64,000 bases of DNA, taken from positions 93,444 through 157,443 of the forward strand of contig NW_027192194.1 of NCBI RefSeq assembly GCF_041956535.1, in the 5' to 3' direction. Within the stretch, counting starts at the first letter, position 1, and each line of letters begins with the position of its first letter. Of the stretch, positions 52,694 to 64,000 are shown piece after piece. The DNA comes from Calcarisporiella thermophila CBS 279.70. Its lineage: Eukaryota > Fungi > Calcarisporiellomycota. The translations under genes were made by a program, and so were the position numbers. The notes below the pieces were generated by a model, which saw nothing but the letters and a program-made list of their open reading frames with translations, had not been told where the DNA came from and did no database searches.

Positions 52694-53599
52694 TCAGCGG
52701 CTTAGCTTCACGGGCGAGGGTTCGGATGGGATGGTGTACCACTTCTCTAACGGCAACAAGTCAAAGGGATTAGCTAAGAAATGCACAACGCTCATCAGCG
52801 GTCGCAGCAGGTCCTTACCCTCTGTTCCAACATTAATGGCACTCGGCCGCACCAGCGCAACCACGTCCACCTCTCTCAGCGCCGCGCGATAGTCCGCACA
52901 CACCACGGGCGCGGCCAAGATCATCCTCCCCTGCCACCCGGCGTTTCGGATCAGGGAAAACGCAGCGCGCACGGTCTGACCCGAACGAACCCCGTTGTCC
53001 ACCAGAAGCAGAGTCTTGGAGGGAGCAAGGGGGGAGGCGGAGGGGGCCACATGAGCGTGGTAGCTCGCGTAGAGTTCCCGAAGTTTGACCCGGCCCTGCT
53101 CGATGTGGGCGTGGAGCTGGTCGGGCGTGAGCCCGATCCCTCTATCAAGAAGTTAAGCGTTATAAAGGGGGTCTAGGGACGGGATGGTAAAGATGAGGGA
53201 TCACTTTATAATCTCTTCCTTCAATGTCACCACTTCCTCCCTGGCCAGCACCGAGGATTCCCCGAGTGCCCCGCCAATCACCCTCCCAATAGCGCCCACG
53301 GTAAAACTTGAGCCATTCACCACGGTGGAAAAGGGATGGAGCAGTAATAGATTGAGCGGGAGGTTGAGCTCGGCGGCTATCGTGGCGGCAAGCGTAAGCG
53401 CATTCCGATTGAGGCACAGAACGGCTATAGTATTGCACAATCCCCTTTAGCTCCATTGCAAGGGAGGGAGGGGGCAAGCTTTGAAGAGTAATGAGCAAGC
53501 TCACGAACCTGTGCTCTCTCGGTTTTTGTAGTACGAGAGCATGCGCGATAGCATGCGACCCGCTTCTTCCTGAGACTTGAAACAAGGGTAGCGAGACAT
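52694..53599 (-). CDS. Type I phosphoribosyltransferase-like protein (bacterial COG1926-like)
   Basis: Spliced MSRYPCFKSQEEAGRMLSRML...|AVLCLNRNALTLAATIAAELNLPLNLL...VGAIG...LLLVDNGVRSGQTVRAA...ILAAPV parallels the COG1926 pattern F.DR..AGR.LA / VL.LPRGG / VVDDG.ATG.T..AA / V.AVPV. Confidence 0.75.
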
Positions 53600-55157
53600 G
53601 GCGTTTGGTTCAAAGAAGAGGATGAGTGCAAATGATCTCTGTTGCTTTTTAGTGTTTTCTTCCAGCGCGTTATCTCTCCACTCACGAGAAGGTTTTGGGG
53701 AGAGTGGGAACGTGAGGATTTTTTTTTTTCACGCCCCGCACATGACAATCATAAGCTTATTTCCTTCCTTCCCCTCTCCCCCTGATCCTTATCAGTATTC
53801 TAAATGCAGCTTTTGCAGTGACGAGATCATCCAGGTGCATTGCGTCGAGAAAAAGATGTTCTTTTCTTCTATTGTTTTTTCGAGGCCCCCCTTCCCCCTC
53901 CCATGCGCTTGCGCTTGATGGGATCCCACTGGGTCATGTGCTGCTCAAGCAGCCGCGAAACGAGATGGAGCGCCTAGGCTTGGTTGTTTTTCGATCCAAA
54001 ACCCGTTCTCCTTACCGGAATGCTGGTTCTCCCGTGTTACCCTCCATCCCAGGACAAGCCACGCTGGACGGGCTCCAAGGGAGAAAGGAAGGCGATGCCG
54101 AAATATCAAACCCTGCTTTGCTATTTCGCCCTGAATTGTAAATTGATCCGAGTCAAATCGGCTACAAATGGAAATTCAAATATCATCTCCGCGGAGGAAG
54201 AATATCAAGGGCTCGGAGCTTGGCCACATTTACCCAAGGTTATCTCCATCTATTAAAAGTCTATCTACATGTGGTTTGATTGAATCTCCTGCAGAAGCTT
54301 ATCTCACCCTCTCCCCTTTTAAACCCCTGCTGCTCGAGAAACTTGTCCTACCCCATTTCGTCTTACAACTAAGCTGGACTTGGCATTCACACTTCGGTTT
54401 GCTCCTGTGTTGGAATGAAAGTAGAAGAACACGCCTCAGCAATCCTTTCTCCCCTAACCTCTCCGTGTTAGATTGCAGTAACTACTGCATGCACGCTCCG
54501 TAGGCTACCAGGGGGAGCCCGACTCTGGGAGAATCGCCCACCCTATGCTCGCCTCTTCGCATCCGCTTTCAATTACGTAAACTCGCAGTGCCGACCCATT
54601 ATTTTTGGAGGATTCTTGTTTCGACGGCAGATGGTCGGTTAATGCACTGGGTTGCCCAGCTTGCGGCGATTAATCTCTGGCAAATATTAGAAAGAGGAGA
54701 GGATGACGGGGGAGGGGAGGGGCATCCGACCCCTCGTTGGATAACGAGGGTGGCTCTATTGTAAATAGGGCATCTTAGAAAACGAAAGATTCATGCACGG
54801 ACTGCATTTGCTTAACTTGGGCTTACATTCTTTCCAATTCCTGACCGGATTTCAGACGATTTATTCAGTTTCTATTAAAAATGTTCTAAACATGGATTTC
54901 AACCCTTCCCGGATCAGCCTAATTCGAAGAGGAAGGGAGGAAGGTTCCCAGGGTCAATTTGCAATCAAAAGAAAATCTCCTATTCTCCTGTTAGCTTGGG
55001 GTTGGATACCTATTTTCTATTGGTATTTTTCTCGTCCCGCTGTCCCAGCTTATAAAAGACATAGGGTTGGGCCACAGAGAAGATACTGTTTTTTTTATTA
55101 TCTTCCTCACGCTCAACTCTGACTATTTCGCGCAAAGAAACACGAACAAAGACCGTC

Positions 55158-55529
55158 ATGCAGTTCCAACTTCTTCTTCTCCTTCTTGCCACTTTTGTTC
55201 TGGTGAATGCCGCGGCGAAACGCGATATCACGGAGACCCAGGACTGTATCAAAGCCTGCCTTGATGTAAGTAATGCAGCTGAGTGCGAGGAGCAATGCAT
55301 TCTTGCCGCCCAGGGATTAGGAGGTGATGACGATGCAGATGAGGGTGATGACGAGGACGACGAGGACGACGAAGTCAATGCTAATGAGGACGAGGGCAGC
55401 GACGAGGGCGACGACGAGGGCGACGAGGAAGATGACAATAGTGGTGATGATGCCGAAGATTCCGAAGTCAAAGCCAACGAGGAGGAAGAGGAGGAGGGTG
55501 AGGAGGATGACAAGGAAGATGACAACTAA
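55158..55529 (+). CDS. Small secreted protein with CX3C-X9-CX3C motif and Asp/Glu-rich tail
   Basis: Signal peptide MQFQLLLLLLATFVLVNA, AAKR dibasic site, DCIKACLDVSNAAECEEQC, then a ~65-aa acidic tail. TATAAAAG lies ~105 bp upstream. Confidence 0.8.
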   Translation: MQFQLLLLLLATFVLVNAAAKRDITETQDCIKACLDVSNAAECEEQCILAAQGLGGDDDADEGDDEDDEDDEVNANEDEGSDEGDDEGDEEDDNSGDDAEDSEVKANEEEEEEGEEDDKEDDN

Positions 55530-56059
55530 CGTTGGTTCGAAGGAGATAAGCAACCACTGTAATATACTGACCTCGGGGTGAAATGGCGCCTGTATTATTA
55601 TAATTTCCCAATAAATCCTTGCCTAAAAAAACAAAATAATCGTATTGCTTTCTTATATCGCTTACCAGCGAGACCTACTTATGGTGAGTCAAACGAGAAG
55701 CACTTAATGTTGAATGGGGAAGGGAGGTTCTACCAAAAGCGATATTTCTGCCCTCACACCAACCTGCAATTATTTTTATTCCTGTCATGTAGCAGAAGCT
55801 ATGGATTGCTGAGAGCTTGGATAAAGAATATTTGACATGGAGGAGGGCGTGCCGATAATCAATGGAAGTTGCAGTTTGTCTCCTTGGTGGCCAAGAGAAG
55901 AATGGTTTCCTATAATTGAATGGAATCATATACTCCTTAGTAATAATCTCATTCTACTTTAATGGAAAATGAAATTTGGGAATGGTTGATGAAAAACCGG
56001 ATAAGAGTGACTGCCAAAAGGGCTTCTCGATTTATCCATACCGTTCCAAAAAAACTAGA

Positions 56060-56906
56060 ATGACAGAACCGCCCACTTCGCAGAGCACGAGCACTACCTC
56101 AAAGTACAACCTGAATCGTCTCTATATAGGAAATCTCGACCCCTCCGTAGATGAGTAGGTGTTTCTTTCCCATTATCTCACTTTTCTTCCGTAGTTTTAT
56201 GAATTTATCTTCATTGGCCTTTTTTTATTTTTCCTAAGATTCACAATCGTCAAACTCTTCCAGCCATTTGGCAAAATCACCCTCCTCGATTTTCTCTTCC
56301 ACAACCAGGGTATTAAACGAGGGCAGTCGCGAGGCTATTGTTTTATAGAGTATAGTAAGAGAGAGGTAAGGTGTTTATTGTTTCCATTCCATGCTCATGC
56401 AGCTGCATTGGTTGATCGGAATGCGAATCTTATATCAGGAGGCGCTCCAGGCGATTCAAACGATGAATCAGAAAACAGTCAGAGGCAGAAATATTGTGGT
56501 CTCCTATGCTCATTCGGCGGTAGGCTATCGACCCAAGCTTTACTTTTACTCATTCTACTCTGAAGCAGTGTGGTAACATGTCCTGAATAGGCGATCCAAA
56601 ACTCGGAATCCAACAAGAGCAAGAAGTATATCGCACCGAGTACCGCCCAATACAAGCGCCCTACCACCTTCTCGCTGCTGCGGAACCAAAATATGATCAA
56701 CGCAAGGTAAGCGTCCACCTCTCCCCATCGTGGATTAGAAGAATCGTGCAGGGCTGACTTTTCTCATGCTTCTCTTGGATTGCAGTAGCACCGAGGCGAA
56801 GATCAAGGCCTTAGAGCGAAAACTCAACCAGCTCCAGAAAACTTCTGGAGAAAAAGGCCACCAGGGCGAGAATTCGGGGTCATCTAAACCTCCAAAGCCA
56901 TCCTAA
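56060..56906 (+). CDS. Single-RRM RNA-binding protein, RBM18-like
   Basis: RLYIGNLDPSVDE|FTIVKLFQPFGKITLLDFLFH...GQSRGYCFIEY and C-terminal STEAKIKALERKL. Confidence 0.85.
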
Positions 56907-57161
56907 TAGCTTATTGCTCCTATAGATACCACATGCTCACTCTATTTGCTTTAGATATCTGCGTCCCCCAATTTTGCATACTCTCTCCATTCCAACCCCC
57001 CTTCTCTCCCGCTTGACCCTTTTGTATATTGACTCTAAACTATCAGTTTCTTTCCTTTTTACATTATTTCTTTTATTTTTTTATTTTTGTAATAGAAAAT
57101 GTTTAAAATAAACAAAGAGGAAAAAATAAAGTCACCATCTATCTAAGCAGGCCAATTGGTT

Positions 57162-58047
57162 TTAGCGATATGGGTGATCTGCCTGCAGGTTCCTCGCCAG
57201 CTCCACCTCCCACTTGTCACCATTAGCAAGCAATTTTTCCTTGTTGTAGAGCAGCTCTTCGCGTGTTTCGGTCGAGTACTCGAAATTCTGGCTTTCAACA
57301 ATAGCATCCACGGGGCAAGCCTCCTGGCAGAATCCGCAGTAAATGCACTTGGTCATATCAATATCGTAGCGCGTTGTACGACGACTGCCGTCCTCACGGG
57401 GTTCGGCCTCAATGGTGATGGCCTGGGCAGGGCAAATAGCCTCGCAGAGTTTGCAGGCGATGCATCGTTCTTCGCCACTACGAGCAAGTTTCCACAAGGT
57501 AAGATGTGAAGCAAGGAAATGCTAAAAAAAAGGGTCTTCCACTCACGATGGGTAACGGCGGAGGGCATGTTCACCACGGAACCGCGGGGAAATTGGACTC
57601 TTTTCGAAGGGGTACAGGAGCGTGTAAGGGGGGCGGAAGAAATTCTCGAAAATCACCCACATGCCACGGAACAACTCGGTCAAAAGCAGTATCTATGCAA
57701 AATAGAATGCTCATCATCGAACCCATAGCTTAGGACGGTTTCGAGGGGTCGTCTGTTTAGATTACCTGTGCGCCTTTATCGATGGCACTAGGGCCCTTGC
57801 TATAATCGACAAACTTGGCATCATTGGTGGGGGCGGCACAAGCATGCTGCGTGGCGTGGAACCGGGCGACTTGAACGCCGATGGGGGCCAACAGACGCCT
57901 CTGATCTATAGCATTCAGGGAAATGGCCGTGATTATTTAGTGATGTCCAATCAAGACCCAAAAAATCGAGCAAAGAACTAGAGAGCGCGGGTACTCACTC
58001 GGTACTGCAGGTCTAAGTGATTTTGGCAGACGAGTGAAGAGACTCAT
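57162..58047 (-). CDS. NDUFS8: NADH:ubiquinone oxidoreductase 23-kDa Fe-S subunit (NDUFS8/TYKY)
   Basis: [22 protein letters not shown]|[17 protein letters not shown]...[12 protein letters not shown]. Arg-rich mitochondrial presequence. Confidence 0.97.
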
Positions 58048-58699
58048 GTTGCCCAACAATGGAATGTTTGAGGATGATAATTCTCTCGCACGAGGGCATC
58101 CAACAAAGGTGCTCGTTTTCTCGCCTATCCACCCCCCTGTTACTGACGTCAATCAAGCAGTCACGCATGTTTACAGTCGACGACTCTCTATTGGCCATTT
58201 AACCGCAAGCGGACAGAAAAAGACGACTCTGGTCCGATTTCCGTCATTGCGGTTACCATTGCATTGCATCTTTGGCTTAGACCGCTTGAATTTTCGATCT
58301 CATAGATTGGTTCCTCGAAGGTGCTCTATGTGCTTTTGAAGTGGTTTGCTATTTGATTTGAAACCGAGGTAGGCTTTAATTTTGGTGTGGATTCTCCTGA
58401 CCTTTTTGAATGGGCCGTATTGATGATGGATTTGGAAGCAGTGATGGGGGATTGGAGTGGGAGATCTTACTAGCAGCCATTCGCTTTGTATCATTGCCTA
58501 ACCTCAATCCTTATGTTCCACTTTCTCACCTGCTTTAGGGCAAGATTCGCTTAATTGATTTCCAGCTCTAACTCTAAATTTCGTTGAGCTTTGCCAGACT
58601 CCAAATTCCCTTGGACCCCCTTCTCCCATCGCCTTTCATCCAGAAGAAACCGCACCTTTTTTTCCCCCTTGGAAACACAATACGGCGGCTGTAACGGGA

Positions 58700-60680
<1,981 letters not shown>

Positions 60681-61238
60681 TAAACTTGCGTGAACGATAC
60701 AATATGATTTTTCACCCTGTTTTTATTGTCTCTTTTTTTTTCATTTTTTATATTATTTTTTTATTTCACTCTGTTTATTTGGTACCCTCCCTCTTTCCCC
60801 TATCCTCCCCTTTCTCCATCCCCGCTATTGTATAAATGAGCTCAAGAGGAATGAACCCATTGTGCCTTTGCTATTCTTGAAGTCCTTCCCCCCTTTCCAT
60901 TTTTATCCGCTTTTATCTCTTTGACGTTTATTAAAATGTACACTTGTATTTAGTCCACCCTTTCTCTCTCTACCTTACCTTTTTATTTTCTCCTTTTCTT
61001 TTTCGTAATGTGCCTTTTTGTGTTGTTCCACTCTTATATATCTGTTTCTTATGCTTTTTTTTCCCAGAAGGATGACTTATGATTTAGTTCGCAGGGGTGG
61101 CTGTCTCCTCCCTAGTTTCCCTCTCTCCCCCCTTCCCCTCCCCCCTTGAATCCAATATTAAGTCTAATTTCCGAGAATCTATCTCATTAAAACTTGGCTC
61201 CATCTAAAAGTTTGAGGGGAGTTTATTCGCAAATCTAT

Positions 61239-63019
61239 TTAAATGACACCCTTGACCCGAAGTTGTTCAATCTTCTGCAGGTCAAAGCCGAGCTCATCGC
61301 GCAGAACCTCGTGGGTATGCTGGCCGAGCGTGGGTGGGGGCAGGCGAATGCTGGGCTTTGACTGGCTGTATTTCACGGGAATTCCTATGGAAAACGCGTC
61401 CCTTCGACATTAGCACAGCCGTCCAGATGTTGTGGTAGATACACAAACATATTGGAAAAGAAATGGCCAGATTCACTCACCAGTCAACTTGATTCTTCCT
61501 GCCCTCGGGTGGTCCACCTCCTGCACCATGTGCCGCGCCTTCACCTGCGGGTGGTCAAACGTCTGCTGAATGTTGTTGATGGGTGCGTAGGGAATGCCGG
61601 TCTTTTCAAGGGCGGAAAGCCAGTGGGCGGTGGTACGCTCGCGGAGGCGGGCTTCGAGCAGGGGAATCAGGGTGCTGCGGTGCTTGACCCGGTTGCTATT
61701 AGACGAAAAGCGCGGGTCCCCGGGAAGGTGGGGCAGCTCCATCGCGTTGCAGAGCGCACTGAACTAGAATGGGGAAATCGGGTGTCAGTCGCCGTTTTCT
61801 AACCAAGAGCAAGCATCTCTCCCTACTTGGGTGTCATTCCCTGCGCCAATCATGATGTATGAGTCCTGGGTTCTCAGGACTTGGTACGGGACAATTGATG
61901 CATGCGACGTGCCCCATCTCTCGGCCTCTTGGCCGGCAATCAGATAGTTGCTTGCGATGTTCGCCAGGGACGCAATCTGGGAATCTAGCAGAGAGCAATC
62001 GATGTGCTGGCCCCTCTGGGTGGTGTGCCGGGCGTAGAGAGCGGTGACGATGGCGGATTGGGCGTAGAGGCCCGTTGTGAGATCGGTGATCGCCACCCCC
62101 ACCTTGACGGGGGGACCGTCGCGTTCGCCCGTGATATGCATGAGGCCGGCCTCGGCCTAAAGAAGTGCCGGGAGGCAAAATGGAGAGAAGGGGAGAGAGC
62201 CGACGTTTGAGTCTGATGCCTGACCATTGACAGCTGTAGCGAATGTTTACCTCAATCATAACATCATACCCTGCACGGGTTCTGTGTGGCCCAGTTTGTC
62301 CATATCCTATGGATTGGATGCCAACGTCAGGCAATGTAACTCGCCATCTTTAGAAACACCGTGAAATGAAGAGTTTACCTGTAATGCTGCAATAGATCAG
62401 CCGCGGATTGATCTCGCTTAGCTGCTCATATCCCAGGCCCATGGAATGCAGTTTCCCGGGTACATAGTTCTCTACAAGCACGTCCGATTTCTTTGCCAAC
62501 TCCCTCACGATCTCCACCCCCTCGACCGACTTTAAATTAACCGTTACCGATCGCTTGTTTCGATTTACCCCGAGAAAATAGGCACTTTCAGGAAGTGCAG
62601 TGTCGGAAGCGGATCGATTGGGGGCCCACGGTGGTCCCCACGCGCGTGTATCGTCTCCTCTCTTGGGATTCTCGATCTTGATAACATTGGCCCTGTGATG
62701 TGAAAAAAAAGGCTTGTTGAGTCGCCGGCCTTCGGGAGGGATCGTAAAGAGCCTACCCAAGATCACCCAGGATCATGGTGCAGTATGGGCCGGCTAACGA
62801 TTATAACACACAAAAGAAATGAGCGGGACAAGCAGAAACCATGCCAAGGATGAGTCATTTTACGCAACCCAGCACGCGAGTCAAGTCCAACACGCGCACC
62901 CCAGCCAAGGGGAGATCCTTGGGAGCCGAACTGGAGCTCGCGGCGGTGGAATAGGATAGAAAGGATGCCCTCACGCGGGCGAATGGCGCTGCTAGCAAAG
63001 GCGATATTGATTTCAGCAT
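61239..63019 (-). CDS. CoA-transferase family III (CaiB/BaiF; SUGCT-like), mitochondrial
   Basis: [14 protein letters not shown]|[55 protein letters not shown]. Confidence 0.93.
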
Positions 63020-63458
63020 GGATTTTTAGCCGTGCACGAGGAAGCCGTCGATAATCGGTTTCAATTTAGGATCAAGAAAAGTAAAAATTCCACGGGCCAG
63101 ATTGGAGTCTTCTATTTTCCGAACCTTTGAATTAGATTATTGCGCGTTGAGCTGCAGGCCATAGGCTGGCTGCTGTATTGCATTGTTTTTGTGCATCCCT
63201 TCCTCTCCAGCCTTTTATTTTTTGCTTCTCAGTTGCTCGATTCATATAGAACACACATACCTCTTCCCTGGTGCATCACTATTGCTATTTTTTTTCTTTT
63301 TTCCATCTCTCTCACCGCATTCCCCTTCCCCTCCGCCCTCATTTAAAATTTGCATTTCATTTCCTCTTCCTCCTTACAACCTAATCGCCCCATCCCCATC
63401 TTGAAATCACCTAGAGGATACGTCGTCTATACCCAGCCCGCATCCCCAAAATTAAATT

Positions 63459-64000
63459 ATGGCGCCTACAGCGCTCCCCCCAATCGAACCGTTCAAGTCC
63501 TTTAAATCCACCCCCAACCTAAAGACGGTAGACACCGCCGTACTGCCCTCCATCCATTCCCTAGAGCCCGCCCATCCCCAGGCTTCCTATGCTTCTCATC
63601 TGCCCTCTAAGCTACGTTCTATCCTTAAGCTAGGATTTCATGTGAGTCAAGCACGGAAGCCATCCCCAACTAGCGATTCATCCCTTGATTCATCGGTTGG
63701 CTCTATGACCACAAGCCCCACCTCAACCTCGTCCTCGCTGTCCTCTCCCCAGGATCCTAGCGGAGAGAGGGAGAAGAGCGGCGGGTGGGGCTACAGCGCT
63801 AAGGGGGAGGAAAAGAAGGTGAAGCGGGTCTCCTCTGTTCCAAACCATCAATCGGCGGAACAGCGGATATGCCAGGGCGAACGGAATGGGAGCGGACTGC
63901 TGGCAGTAAATCATCCCACGGGATTCCGGCGCACATACTCCTCAAGTTCGATGCGCAGGCTGAAGGTGGAGGTGAGCCCAAACAGCTTCCAAAAAATCAA
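63459..64000 (+). CDS. AGC kinase nrc-2/Fpk1/Kin82-like, N-terminal part only
   Basis: Open frame from ATG 63459 to the window end, with RVSSVPN and RRTYSSSSMRRLKVEVSPNSFQKI, the pre-kinase motif of this subfamily. The kinase domain itself is outside the window. Confidence 0.75.
   Translation, partial: MAPTALPPIEPFKSFKSTPNLKTVDTAVLPSIHSLEPAHPQASYASHLPSKLRSILKLGFHVSQARKPSPTSDSSLDSSVGSMTTSPTSTSSSLSSPQDPSGEREKSGGWGYSAKGEEKKVKRVSSVPNHQSAEQRICQGERNGSGLLAVNHPTGFRRTYSSSSMRRLKVEVSPNSFQKI

Overview
Gene-dense, intron-rich eukaryotic DNA from a fungus. Short GT-AG introns with CTAAC-like branch points and the gene content suggest an early-diverging lineage, probably Mucoromycota (inference). About 30 protein-coding genes and one tRNA-Arg(ACG) are supported. 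Most are housekeeping genes: mago nashi, thiolase, ADP1-type ABCG, Sso syntaxin, SUB2, ATRIP-like, XPA/RAD14, galactokinase, PalC, RPL6, NDUFS8, forkhead, CoA-transferase III and an nrc-2/Fpk-like kinase. Three spliced genes are missed or fragmented by the ORF track: a claudin/SUR7-like tetraspan, Cnl2/Nkp2 and PTRHD1. The most unusual region is an accessory island at about 31.3-37.9 kb. It holds three unrelated small secreted Cys-rich proteins; two of them sit downstream of copies of the same ~130-bp self-complementary element. The layout fits an old tandem duplication that left a decayed 5' fragment of the neighbouring Myb/U-box gene. A second accessory-looking stretch (47.5-55.5 kb) has a bacterial-type phosphoribosyltransferase with an altered catalytic loop and a secreted CX3C-CX3C peptide with a poly-acidic tail. 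All exon models were read by eye, and family names come from recalled motifs, not database searches.
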